DNA of 64,000 nucleotides, from assembly GCA_031261485.1 (NCBI GenBank), contig JAISJO010000100.1:4491-68490 (forward strand), in the 5' to 3' direction. Below are positions 46,347-55,651 of this stretch, one piece after another. Both the position numbers and the translations under genes were made by a program. The notes beneath the pieces were generated by a model. That model was not told the DNA's origin. It saw only the letters and a program-made list of their open reading frames with translations, and did not search any database. Each line of letters begins with the position of its first letter. Position 1 is the stretch's first letter. This DNA is from Propionibacteriaceae bacterium. GTDB taxonomy: Bacteria; Actinomycetota; Actinomycetes; Propionibacteriales; Propionibacteriaceae.

Positions 46347-46385
46347 TGTGGATAACTATTCTTCGCTGGGAAATCCTGTGGATAA
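46347..46385 (-). promoter_or_regulatory. two perfect consensus DnaA boxes (TTATCCACA) 30 bp apart in the same orientation
   Basis: TGTGGATAA occurs on the plus strand at 46347..46355 and 46377..46385, which is 70-108 nt upstream of the ssb-paralog start. Confidence 0.7.
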
Positions 46386-46570
46386 GTGGCCAGAGCGTCT
46401 CGAGGATGTTCATTGTCTTGGGTGGATTGCACAAACAGCTGCAACGAGGAAATCGGGACGAAGACTATCTGAACGCGATGATCGCGTCAGGACAGGTTTG
46501 TCACGAGGTTGCCCGGAAGGCAGCGACAACAGGCAAAGAGCAGACAAGGAGAAGGAAGTGACTGTTTCGA

Positions 46571-48169
46571 CTATTTCAGGATCTTGTCGAGGGCCACCCG
46601 TGCTGCGTCGTGGCGATGCAACTCCTGGTTCAGCGGGTCGATGATCTCGTTGGAGGCCACATGGTCGGTGGTCTTGCGCAGGCGACGCACTGCCGCGATG
46701 GCTTTCACACTCGCTCCAAGATTGACCAACACACGGGAGATGAGCGCGAGCAAGAGGCCAGCGGCCACGCCACCGATGGCCAGGCATGTGGGCAACGGAA
46801 GATTGCCGATCATGGGCACGGGGAGCTCGGGAAGGGCAAGATAGGACTTCAGAATGAAGTTCACGCCAAGCCATCCCAGCCCGCCGATGGCCGTCACGAG
46901 GATGAGCCACTGAAGAACTCTCACCACGGTCCACCAACGGTGTCCTTCGTTGAGTCCGAGATCAGTTCGAGCGACGGCTTGGTCCAGTGTGTCTGACAGG
47001 GACGACGTGTGGTCTTTGAGGAGACGGTCGATGGCTGTGCGCCAAGAGGCGGGCAGGCGAGACGCAGCCTCGTCGCCGACAGCGCGCACGGCGGTATCGA
47101 CGCGGGCTCTAGAGACAGGGTGTGCCGTGATTGAGGTCTTCGTCAGTTCGGCAGCTTCGATTTGTTTCTTGCGCGAGCGGAACTGGTCCAGGTGTAGGCG
47201 CTTGAGGGGATCCGCCTTGAGACCGCTGACCCACGACAGCAAGGGCCAACCTGTGGCAAGCGCTCCTCTGCGTTTCCAAGAGCCCTTGACAGCCTCTCCG
47301 ACGCCTTCAGACCCTGCTGCTTCGGCCAAAGTGTTGGACAAGTCGGTGATGTTGTTCTTGGATATCTCACCTGCGGAGGAGGAATTGAGGCACTTGCGTA
47401 GTGACTTGGCTTGTTCGATGACATCAGCCTCAAGGCGAGCGGTGACACTCTTCTTGCTGGCTTGGACATTCTGCAAACCCTTGCGCAGTGCGTCGATGCC
47501 TTGGCCGCTGACGGCGGAGACCTCATAGATGACGGGGTCGTGGATACCGTCGGCTTCCAAGAGACGGACGAAATCGCGGTGGATGGCCTCAACTTGGTCT
47601 GTCTCTAGGCGGTCGACTTGGTTGAGCACGAAGGCCATCACCTGGGCATGCCCGGCGAATCGGGCCAGATACCGGTCGTGCAAGACAGCGTCCGCGTACT
47701 TCTGCGGGTCGACGACCCACAAGAACGTGTCCACGATCTCGACCAAGCGGTCGACTTCCTCTCGGTGGGTGGCTTCCACTGAGTCGTAGTCAGCCAGGTC
47801 GAGCAGGACGATGCCGTCGAGACCCTGGCTCGCCGTCACATGGCGGCGGGACACTCCGAGCCAGTCCAGCAATGCTGTGGTGTCTTTCGCGCCGAAGGTG
47901 ACGGCCATGGCCTGCTGGGTCATGGGGCGCTGAACTCCCGCAGTGGCCAAGGCAGTGCGCGACAGGGCGTTGAACAAACTTGACTTGCCCGATCCAGTGG
48001 CTCCTGCGATGGCAACGACTGTTACATCCCCTGTCAGGGTGAGACGACGGTCGACACGGTCGGCGACAGTCTTGGCTTGGTCGTACACCCGCTGGTCGAT
48101 CCGACCCTTGCATGCGGTCAGAGCGCCGGACAGCGACACGATGTCTTCGGAGAGGACCCTACGCGCCAT
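46571..48169 (-). CDS. dynamin-like / YfjP-type GTPase with C-terminal TM segments (second of a pair)
   Basis: P-loop GATGSGKSS, VLLDLADYDS, WVVDPQKY and C-terminal hydrophobic hairpins are present. I chose the ATG at 48169, which overlaps the upstream stop by 11 nt. Confidence 0.72.
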   Translation of the reverse strand: MARRVLSEDIVSLSGALTACKGRIDQRVYDQAKTVADRVDRRLTLTGDVTVVAIAGATGSGKSSLFNALSRTALATAGVQRPMTQQAMAVTFGAKDTTALLDWLGVSRRHVTASQGLDGIVLLDLADYDSVEATHREEVDRLVEIVDTFLWVVDPQKYADAVLHDRYLARFAGHAQVMAFVLNQVDRLETDQVEAIHRDFVRLLEADGIHDPVIYEVSAVSGQGIDALRKGLQNVQASKKSVTARLEADVIEQAKSLRKCLNSSSAGEISKNNITDLSNTLAEAAGSEGVGEAVKGSWKRRGALATGWPLLSWVSGLKADPLKRLHLDQFRSRKKQIEAAELTKTSITAHPVSRARVDTAVRAVGDEAASRLPASWRTAIDRLLKDHTSSLSDTLDQAVARTDLGLNEGHRWWTVVRVLQWLILVTAIGGLGWLGVNFILKSYLALPELPVPMIGNLPLPTCLAIGGVAAGLLLALISRVLVNLGASVKAIAAVRRLRKTTDHVASNEIIDPLNQELHRHDAARVALDKILK

Positions 48170-50078
48170 GAGACACCTCCGAATCAGTCTCGCTCGGAAC
48201 CGCCGAATCAGTCTCGCTCGGTACCACTGAATCGGTCTCGCTCGGAACCGCCGGCTGGGTTTCCTGTGGGGGTGTGCCGTCTTGTTCGACAGCACCGTCT
48301 GAATCGGTTGCGTCTTCGCCTGCTTCGAGCATGGCCGAGGTCAAGTCCTGGTCAATATCCGAGGAGAGGGTGTCCAGTCGGCTGGCTTCTTCGAGTTGTT
48401 GCGCGGCGACTTCGCCAGCGAGAGCGCGCAGGCCAGCAGCGTCGGTACTCTCAGGCGGGAAACGGTCCAAGGTGAGGGCGAGGATGCGCTGATGCTCAGA
48501 CTCCAATACCTCGGTCACTCGGGCACTCAGGAACTCTTCTGTGCGGGCGGCTAGGCGACGAATGGCGTCGTCTCCGAAGACCAGTTCCAGCACCTTTTGG
48601 GCGACGACTGCGGTGCCTCCGGCGATGCCAATCTCGGCACCTGCCAACCCACCAGTATGAGCGAACGCGACGATCATGAGAGCGACGCCAACAGCGTTGA
48701 CACCCAGAGCGGCGAAACGCGCCTTGATACGCTTGTTTGCGCCCTCTTGGGAGACGAGTTCCATGACATCCTGCTGCCACAAGCGGATAGCCTGCTCCAC
48801 TCGGGCGGGGAAGTCTGGAGGCACCATCGAGATGTCGGCCCCAGCCCACTGCACAAGGAAACGTCCGGCAGGGTCGGCCAGCCATGATGCCTCGACACGC
48901 TCCGCTGCGGATTGCCCGGCTTCGATGACCAGAGATTCCAGACCCGACTTGACCGCCACCTTCACGTCGGCTGCCCTGTCGGTCTCTCCGGTGAATATCC
49001 GTCCAATTCGGTCGCGCAAGCGTCCCACTCGGGTCTCGACAGAGCGCATGAACTCGCCCGTGCCCACGAAGTCTTGCCAGCGCGCCATGACCTCACCACG
49101 CAAGAGAGTGCCGTCTGAACTCTGGTTGCGCACCGATCTGACGACTTCAGCGAAGATAGTGTCGGCGTCCGCGCGCAACCGGGATAGTGCGTTGTTCTGC
49201 GCGTCCACCTGGTCGGCGAGTTGCATCACCCCAGTGACGAGCGCACCTACCGCCCCGTCGAGGGTCTTCATAACGACGCGGGCGCGGGTCACCTTCGACG
49301 AGGCCAAGTCCAACAACCATACCTTGATGGGTTCCACCGCAGCGGGCGGGAGCAATCCACGCTCGTCGGTCACCGTTTCAGGGACGGCGAATAGGGGAGA
49401 ATCTCCCAGCCCGCGCTCGGTCATCATGCGCGCGAGATGAGGCGGCACTGCTGACATTGCGGCAGGCGGCACGCGGTCCACGACCACCGCCACGGCAGCC
49501 CCACGCCCGGCAGCGCGAGTGAGATAGTCCCAGGGAACGGCATCGGCGTACCGGGCAGCAGAGGTGATGAACAGCCACAAGTCTGCCGCCGCGAGGAGTT
49601 GCGCCGCCAAAGTACGATTGTCCACATCGACCGAGTCAATATCTGGCGCATCGAGGAGAGCGAGTCCCGGAGGCAGCGCGTACGACCCAATGATTTGCAG
49701 ACTGCGCGGATTCACACTCGACTCGGTGGAGCGCGCCAATGTCGGCAGGATGCGGTCGTTATTGAACCACTTCTCGTCCTCGGGGTTGTGGACGAGGACG
49801 GGAGCTTTGGTGGTCGGTCTGATGACTCCGGGTGTCGTCAGGACTTGCCCCAAGAGGGAGTTGACCAGTGTTGACTTGCCCGCTCCCGTGGAGCCTCCGA
49901 CCACGGTCAACAAGGGAGCTTCAATAGTGGCCAGGCGAGGCAAGATGTAGTCGCTCAACTGTGCGACTGCGGCTGAGGCCCAGGTTCGATAGGCATCGGC
50001 GTTGGGCAAAGGAATGGTGAGGCGCACGCCAGCAAGTGACTGGCGCAGTTGGGTCAAAGCCGATGACAGTGTGGCCAC
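48159..50078 (-). CDS. dynamin-like / YfjP-type GTPase (first of a pair) with a C-terminal VPSETDS repeat tail
   Basis: P-loop GGSTGAGKST, LLDAPDIDS, a long helical stalk-like region and a hydrophobic segment (LGVNAVGVALMIVAFAHTGGLAGA) are present. Confidence 0.72.
   Translation of the reverse strand: MATLSSALTQLRQSLAGVRLTIPLPNADAYRTWASAAVAQLSDYILPRLATIEAPLLTVVGGSTGAGKSTLVNSLLGQVLTTPGVIRPTTKAPVLVHNPEDEKWFNNDRILPTLARSTESSVNPRSLQIIGSYALPPGLALLDAPDIDSVDVDNRTLAAQLLAAADLWLFITSAARYADAVPWDYLTRAAGRGAAVAVVVDRVPPAAMSAVPPHLARMMTERGLGDSPLFAVPETVTDERGLLPPAAVEPIKVWLLDLASSKVTRARVVMKTLDGAVGALVTGVMQLADQVDAQNNALSRLRADADTIFAEVVRSVRNQSSDGTLLRGEVMARWQDFVGTGEFMRSVETRVGRLRDRIGRIFTGETDRAADVKVAVKSGLESLVIEAGQSAAERVEASWLADPAGRFLVQWAGADISMVPPDFPARVEQAIRLWQQDVMELVSQEGANKRIKARFAALGVNAVGVALMIVAFAHTGGLAGAEIGIAGGTAVVAQKVLELVFGDDAIRRLAARTEEFLSARVTEVLESEHQRILALTLDRFPPESTDAAGLRALAGEVAAQQLEEASRLDTLSSDIDQDLTSAMLEAGEDATDSDGAVEQDGTPPQETQPAVPSETDSVVPSETDSAVPSETDSEVSHGA
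48181..48252. repeat. 24-bp tandem repeat x3 inside the GTPase gene (encodes a VPSETDS-x octapeptide repeat)
   Basis: The units are gaatcagtctcgctcggaaccgcc, gaatcagtctcgctcggtaccact and gaatcggtctcgctcggaaccgcc. Confidence 0.92.
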
Positions 50079-50093
50079 GGTTCCCCGCCTTCC

Positions 50094-51491
50094 CTAAACT
50101 GGAGGACCCCAGCGAGGGTCCACTGCTGAATACTTTAGAGGTACTAGCCCCTGTGAGAGCGACATTTGCCGCGAGTGGGCGGTTGTGCGCGCGGCGAGGG
50201 CACGAATCTTGTGCCGCCAGGGGAGATATGGCCGCAATCCTGTGCCGTCGGCGAGCGCCTTCTTGTTCTCCAACTCGCCGATGCGTTCGATGAGGTCCCG
50301 CTCTGACCATAGTCCCGCCTGGTCCACAACCCCGCGTGTGATGGATTCGCGCAAGAAGGCTAGTTCGGTGACGGTGCGCTGGAGTTGCCAGGTGCGCCAC
50401 ACATTGCCGTGCCACGGGCTCATGATCAGAGTCCATGCCCGCCGCCGCATGCGTGAGAAGGCGGCTGGGTATGTTTCCGGTAGCCAGCCCATGGTGACGT
50501 AGTCGCTGAGTCGGGCTGACACTGTGCGCCCCTGCTTCACTGATGTCATGACCACGCGGATAGCGACGATGACGACCATGGGCAAGCCGAACCACAGATA
50601 CACCTGCAACAACCCACCTTCGCCCATGACGGATGCCAAACCATTGAACACCATGTGGAGGAAGGCGGCGGTGAGGTACCCGGCGACGGGCGCGACCACC
50701 CGTACAATCTTGGAGCGGCTCGCCACTGCGAAAGCCACACCCACCCCGGTCATGAGGGTGAACAGGGGATGCCCGAAACAGGTGTACACCCCACGCAGCA
50801 TGACCAGATCGCGCACTGCGGCGGCCACATCCCCCGCACTCTGCGTGTACGACCCGTACACGATGGCGCGTGCATAATAGACAATGTTTTCTGTGAATGC
50901 GAAACCGGCACCAGCCAACCCGCCGATGACGGCGCCAGAAACCCGCGATGAGAAGCGATTTCGGTCGAGGACTGCGATGAGGAAGATGATGCAGGCCTTC
51001 GAGAACTCTTCCACAAATGGCGCGACAAACACTGCGGCGCGAATTGCTTCCACGCCTGACATTTGGTCGAAGACAGCCATCTTTGAAGCGATCCACGAAT
51101 TGGCGTAGTAGGACAGGGTCACAGCGACACACGCGCCCCAGCCCACGACGAGCAGCAGGACTTTCCAGTATTGAGGTTTGTAGCGGTCGACCAGCCAGAA
51201 GCAGGCTGTCCAAAACAGCAGGGTGAATGCGGCGTACCCCGCCGACATACGCAGGGCGTCACCGTTGAGTCCGGGGATGACCGAGCCATCCTCCGTCGAG
51301 CGAGACTGCATGAGGTCCCAGAACAACAAGGAGGCGCTGCCCACGAAGAGGATAAGCAGGGTATAGGTGGCTATCATCCACTTGCTGGTCCAGTACGCGC
51401 GAGTGGTGAAGGGCTTGGGGGGCGCGGCCACGGCAGAGCGGCGACGCAGGTACGCAACTATTCCCGGTGGGGTTGTATCGCGTTCTGCCAC
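50094..51491 (-). CDS. PrsW family intramembrane metalloprotease with a C-terminal cytoplasmic extension
   Basis: The EExxK motif (FVEEFSKA) and HxxxN motif (FLHMVFNGL) sit in a polytopic core. Only 15 nt separate it from the downstream GTPase gene. Confidence 0.8.
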   Translation of the reverse strand: MAERDTTPPGIVAYLRRRSAVAAPPKPFTTRAYWTSKWMIATYTLLILFVGSASLLFWDLMQSRSTEDGSVIPGLNGDALRMSAGYAAFTLLFWTACFWLVDRYKPQYWKVLLLVVGWGACVAVTLSYYANSWIASKMAVFDQMSGVEAIRAAVFVAPFVEEFSKACIIFLIAVLDRNRFSSRVSGAVIGGLAGAGFAFTENIVYYARAIVYGSYTQSAGDVAAAVRDLVMLRGVYTCFGHPLFTLMTGVGVAFAVASRSKIVRVVAPVAGYLTAAFLHMVFNGLASVMGEGGLLQVYLWFGLPMVVIVAIRVVMTSVKQGRTVSARLSDYVTMGWLPETYPAAFSRMRRRAWTLIMSPWHGNVWRTWQLQRTVTELAFLRESITRGVVDQAGLWSERDLIERIGELENKKALADGTGLRPYLPWRHKIRALAARTTAHSRQMSLSQGLVPLKYSAVDPRWGPPV

Positions 51492-51525
51492 TGTTCAAGG
51501 ATACCTTGTCGGCGGCGTTCCCGGG

Positions 51526-52938
51526 CTAGTCGTCGCTTTCTTGCACAAGGATAGTCGTCGCTGAGTCGTTTGAACGCTGTTCAGCAGCGAGTTCGTGTAC
51601 ATGCCCGGCTGCGGAGTGGCGAATCCAGTATCCAAGCCACATGGCCCCGACAATGGAGAATGCTCCGAGTGAAACGGTGGCGGCAGCCAGGGAGAACAAG
51701 GTGGTGATGATGGACAGAGCGACGGGGCCCAGTGCGTTGCCGGCATCTCCGAACACGCGCCATCCCGACAGGAACTGTGTACGCCCCACGCTCGGAGAGG
51801 CATCGGAACCCAGTGTCATGACGATGCCAGAGCCGATGCCGTTACCCAAACCGATGACGCCAGCGACGATGACGACGCCCCAGCCGTTGTGTGCTAGGGC
51901 AAGACTCGCCAGGCCGAGACCGAGAATGACCATCGACGGCACAGCCACCCACATACGTCCGAAGCGGTCCATGATGAATCCGCCGAGGAAGAACATCGAC
52001 ATATCGAGAGCCATGGACACTGCGTAGATGAGGGACGTCTGGGAGGCATCGAATCCAAGCGATTCCGACCACAAAGGCAAGACGGTTTGTCTGACCGCGC
52101 GTGCGAATCCCACGCAGAAGACGCCGAGTCCGAGAGTGGCGAATGTGTGTACATGTGCGCGCAAGACGGTAAAGAGGCGCGGCCCTCCTTCAGGTCCGGC
52201 TCGGCGCGCTCGTACATCGGCGGGCAGATCGGGCAGGAGCAGGGTCACCCCGGCGGCCAGAATGGACATGATGGCGGCAAAGGCATAGGCAGCGGACAGG
52301 TTCCATGTGGCGATGATGGCAGCCCCGATGAGCGGGCCGATGAATCCGCCGATTCGGAAGGTGCCGCCCAAACTCGACAGTGCGCGGGCACGATACTTCA
52401 GAGGCACAGCTTCAGTGATATAGCTTTGTCGGGCGAGGCCAAAAACAGAGCCCGACAAGCCGAAACAGAACACGGCAAGAGACAATACGGGAAGAGTGGA
52501 GGCTGAGAATGCAACGGCCAGGCAGAGGGCATCCCATAGACAGGCCAAGGCAATGGCCTTCTTTTCACCCAGTCGAGTGGCGACCCACGAGGCTGGCAGG
52601 TCACCCAGAATGGTTCCGATTCCGGTCAGGCCAGTGATGAGAGCTGAGAGTCCGACCCCTGCGCCAAGGCTGAGGGCTGACAGGGCGACTAGCGGCATGA
52701 CTGCCCCATACCCGATAGTGGACAGGAAGGTCGGGCCGTAGGCGGACGCGATGAAACGCGGCCAGTCGAAGCGGGGCGAGGGACCCCCGACGGTGGTGTG
52801 CTGCGCAAGTTCGGCGGAAGCCGGGTCAGAGTCAGTCGGAAGCCGGAGAGCAGGGTCACGGCTAGCGCCAAGCCCACTGTCGGTCGTTTCGTTCCCGAGG
52901 GCAGGGGCCAGATTCGGGGGCAGAACGGGCTCAGGCAC
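51526..52938 (-). CDS. MFS transporter
   Basis: About 12 hydrophobic spans and MFS-like loops (GDLPASWVATRLGEKK; MDRFGRM). The start is uncertain because the ORF start abuts tRNA-Arg. Confidence 0.72.
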   Translation of the reverse strand: MPEPVLPPNLAPALGNETTDSGLGASRDPALRLPTDSDPASAELAQHTTVGGPSPRFDWPRFIASAYGPTFLSTIGYGAVMPLVALSALSLGAGVGLSALITGLTGIGTILGDLPASWVATRLGEKKAIALACLWDALCLAVAFSASTLPVLSLAVFCFGLSGSVFGLARQSYITEAVPLKYRARALSSLGGTFRIGGFIGPLIGAAIIATWNLSAAYAFAAIMSILAAGVTLLLPDLPADVRARRAGPEGGPRLFTVLRAHVHTFATLGLGVFCVGFARAVRQTVLPLWSESLGFDASQTSLIYAVSMALDMSMFFLGGFIMDRFGRMWVAVPSMVILGLGLASLALAHNGWGVVIVAGVIGLGNGIGSGIVMTLGSDASPSVGRTQFLSGWRVFGDAGNALGPVALSIITTLFSLAAATVSLGAFSIVGAMWLGYWIRHSAAGHVHELAAEQRSNDSATTILVQESDD

Positions 52939-52939
52939 G

Positions 52940-53013
52940 CGCCCCGGAGAGGATTCGAACCTCCGACCTGCAGATTAGAAGTCTGTAGCTCTATCCAGCT
53001 GAGCTACCGGGGC
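52940..53013 (-). tRNA. tRNA-Arg (anticodon UCU)
   Basis: Hand-folded cloverleaf: GCCCCGG/CCGGGGC acceptor, GCTC/GAGC D-stem, anticodon loop CTTCTAA and T-loop TTCGAAT. It is 74 nt with no encoded CCA. Confidence 0.9.
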
Positions 53014-53167
53014 ATACCCGTCCATTCTAGTCAGGTCCCGCCAAGTGTCTGGCGAGATGGGACAAAGTGGGCAGCATTGGGGAAAGTGGGCGACTGTGGG
53101 TGAGGTGCCCTGGGACGGCGTGTTCTCGACTCGGCAAGGGGTGGGTTTCGCGGGTACAGTGGGCGCA

Positions 53168-53785
53168 ATGGAAAACTTAGTGTGGATTGACTGTGAGATG
53201 ACCGGGCTCGACATGGCCGGTGATGCGCTCATCGAAGTGGCGGCCCTTGTGACCGATGCCGACCTCAACGTCTTGGGGGAGGGGGTCGATGTCATCATCA
53301 AACCGCCCGCTGGCGCGTTGGAGTCGATGGACCCCTTCGTCACGCAGATGCATACGACCTCGGGCCTTATCACGGAGTTGGACGCGGGGCTCGACATGGC
53401 GACGGCGGAAATACAAGTCATGGAGTACATCCGGGCGTGGATCCCTGAAGCGGGCAAGTCTCCCTTGTGCGGTAACACGATCTCCACCGACCGGGCCTTC
53501 TTGCGTCGCGACATGCCGACCCTGGAGGGGTACCTGCATTACCGCAACATCGATGTGAGTTCACTCAAGGAATTGGTCCGCCGCTGGTACCCGAGGGTGT
53601 TCTTCTCTGCACCTGAGAAAACGGGCAATCATCGTGCGCTCGGCGACATCAAGGACTCCATCAACGAGTTGAGGTACTACCGTCAGACGGTGATGGTGGG
53701 GTTGCCTGGACCGTCACGGGATGAGGCTGTAGCTATCGCCAAGCGCCTCGCGCCGTTCACCAATCAGGTTCCCGAAGCCGAGTAG
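53168..53785 (+). CDS. orn: oligoribonuclease
   Basis: LVWIDCEMTGLD (DEDD exo I), GNTISTDRAFL and HRALGDIKDSINEL (exo III) are present. ATG at 53168. Confidence 0.9.
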   Translation: MENLVWIDCEMTGLDMAGDALIEVAALVTDADLNVLGEGVDVIIKPPAGALESMDPFVTQMHTTSGLITELDAGLDMATAEIQVMEYIRAWIPEAGKSPLCGNTISTDRAFLRRDMPTLEGYLHYRNIDVSSLKELVRRWYPRVFFSAPEKTGNHRALGDIKDSINELRYYRQTVMVGLPGPSRDEAVAIAKRLAPFTNQVPEAE

Positions 53786-53932
53786 GGGTCCCTGGGTCTC
53801 TTGGGGCTCAGGCAGGCTTGGTTGCATCAGCCATGCCGCGCGCCAACAAAGAGTCGTGTGGGCATACCCGCTCGGGCGCAACCCCTCCGCTCCGAGTCCG
53901 ATGGACTGGAGCGAAGAGATGGTCCGGACCGG

Positions 53933-54364
53933 CTAGCCCTTCTGCGCGCGGAAGAACCAGGCAGCCTTGTCAAGACCAGCGACAATGCCAATGAGCACAT
54001 CCTGGCTCGCCAAGTCATCTTCCAAGTCAGCGAACTTGGATGAAATGGCCTGTGAAGTGGCAGTCAGACGGTCAGTGAACACCGTGACAACGTCTGTGTC
54101 GAGCAGCGGACCAGCAGTCAGCGTGGGGACTGTGGAGGTGGAGACGATAGCGGTCGCCCGCCCATCTGGGTTCCCGCCCAGCGCAGAAATACGCTCCGCG
54201 ACTTCGTCTTGCCAGCTAATGAGTTGCTCCACGAGTTCGTCGAGTTGGAGATGGACGGAGCGGAACGCGGGGCCATGCACATTCCAGTGGGCCTGTTTGC
54301 CCTGAAGGCCGAGATCGAGAAGGTCAACCAGAACAGACTGGAGAACTGAAGTTGATTGAGACAT
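53933..54364 (-). CDS. dps: Dps family DNA-protection/ferritin-like protein
   Basis: LQGKQAHWNVHGPAFRSVHLQLDE is the Dps ferroxidase-site signature. Confidence 0.88.
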   Translation of the reverse strand: MSQSTSVLQSVLVDLLDLGLQGKQAHWNVHGPAFRSVHLQLDELVEQLISWQDEVAERISALGGNPDGRATAIVSTSTVPTLTAGPLLDTDVVTVFTDRLTATSQAISSKFADLEDDLASQDVLIGIVAGLDKAAWFFRAQKG

Positions 54365-54636
54365 GGGATGTCCTTTCTTGAAGGGTTCAATTCTTTACGT
54401 CCCATAGCTTAGTAGGTAGGTCGGACATTTCTGGGGAGCGGGTCCATGCTCGCGTGGACATGTGTCCTGAGGCAGGGGTAACAAACTGTGTCGCGCAGTG
54501 CTGAAGCCATGTCGTTTCGTCCCCAATCGACACAGCTCAACGATGCCGCGCGCGTGGGTGTTGCCCCAGAGCCAGTCCGATTTCGTGGTGCGCCTGACTA
54601 TCCCGTACACTAATTCACTGGCGTTTCAAGCGCCAT

Positions 54637-54713
54637 GGTGGCTGTAGCTCAGTTGGTAGAGCTCCTGGTTGTGGTCCAGGAGGTCGCGGGTTCGAGTCCC
54701 GTCAGCCACCCCA
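54637..54713 (+). tRNA. tRNA-His (anticodon GUG) with G-1 and encoded CCA
   Basis: An extra 5' G pairs with discriminator C. The acceptor is GTGGCTG/CAGCCAC, the anticodon loop is TTGTGGT and the T-loop is TTCGAGT. Confidence 0.92.
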
Positions 54714-54769
54714 ACGCAGGTCAAGAGAGTATCAAGACACAGAGCGACCACCTCGTAGAATGGGGTTCT

Positions 54770-55651
54770 ATGCCTGAACTGCCTGAAGTGGAAACCGTGC
54801 GCTGCGGCCTGCAACGTTTGTTGGTAGGACGACGCATCAGCGAAGTCGAGGCGCTCAGTCCTGGGTCGTTTCAAGCAGCACCAGCGGACATCAGCCAGCA
54901 CGTCGTCGGTGCCACGGTGACGGCGGCCCGTCGGCTCGCCAAAGTCTTGATGATCGACCTTGACAACGACTATTCGCTGGTGGCTCATCTCAAAATGACG
55001 GGCCAACTGGTGATCGTGGCGGATGGCGGAGCCAGCGGCGAACGGTGGGGCGGCGGACATCCCAACGACTCGTTGGTGGATCGTCTGCCCGACCGTTCCA
55101 CCCGCGTCATCATCACGCTGGATGACGGTGCCGCCCGTCTTTTCTTCAACGATCAACGCAAGTTTGGCTGGATGAAAGTCATGCCCACCGCCGACGTCGG
55201 CACGCTCGATTTCATCGCCCAACTGGGTCCCGAACCGCTGGACGGTGACCCGACACCCGAGTTTCTTCGTCGCATCCGTCATCACCAAGCCACCACCGTC
55301 AAGGCGGCTATCCTCAACCAAACCGTCATCGCTGGCATCGGCAATATCTATGCCGACGAGTCCTGTTGGGTGGCGCAAGTGCATCCCGCCAGCCGGGTCG
55401 GTGATCTCAACGACCGCCAACTGAAAGCCATCCTCAACGCCGCCATCGACGTCATGACCACCTCGATTAACCTGGGCGGCTCAACCGACCGCAACTATGT
55501 CGACGCCGAAGGCCACCGTGGTGCCTATCTGGGGTTCGCCAAGGTCTTTCGCCGTGAAGGCCAACCCTGTCAACGCTGCGGCACTACCATCATCAAAACT
55601 CGCGTCGCCGGACGCGGCACCCACCTCTGCCCCCACTGTCAGCGCTTGTGA
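54770..55651 (+). CDS. mutM: formamidopyrimidine-DNA glycosylase
   Basis: The N-terminal MPELPEVE and the C-terminal zinc finger CQRCG...CPHCQ match Fpg. Confidence 0.9.
   Translation: MPELPEVETVRCGLQRLLVGRRISEVEALSPGSFQAAPADISQHVVGATVTAARRLAKVLMIDLDNDYSLVAHLKMTGQLVIVADGGASGERWGGGHPNDSLVDRLPDRSTRVIITLDDGAARLFFNDQRKFGWMKVMPTADVGTLDFIAQLGPEPLDGDPTPEFLRRIRHHQATTVKAAILNQTVIAGIGNIYADESCWVAQVHPASRVGDLNDRQLKAILNAAIDVMTTSINLGGSTDRNYVDAEGHRGAYLGFAKVFRREGQPCQRCGTTIIKTRVAGRGTHLCPHCQRL

Noticed and set aside
46278-46570. Chromosomal origin of replication (oriC)
   Set aside because: There are only two DnaA boxes, no obvious AT-rich unwinding element, and no dnaA, dnaN, rpmH or parAB context.
48170-48295. 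Upstream extension of the second GTPase ORF (RFRARLIRR repeats)
   Set aside because: This is an alternative-frame reading of the 24-bp repeat that encodes the first GTPase tail. The start at 48169 gives the normal P-loop spacing.
49921-51213. 430-aa minus-strand ORF in an alternative frame
   Set aside because: It overlaps the PrsW gene and the GTPase start out of frame. It is Arg/His-rich low-complexity sequence, while the PrsW frame carries the family motifs.
52940-53013. tRNA-Arg as a genomic-island integration site
   Set aside because: No integrase, direct repeat of the tRNA 3' end, or compositional break is adjacent. The neighbours (MFS, orn) look like core genes.
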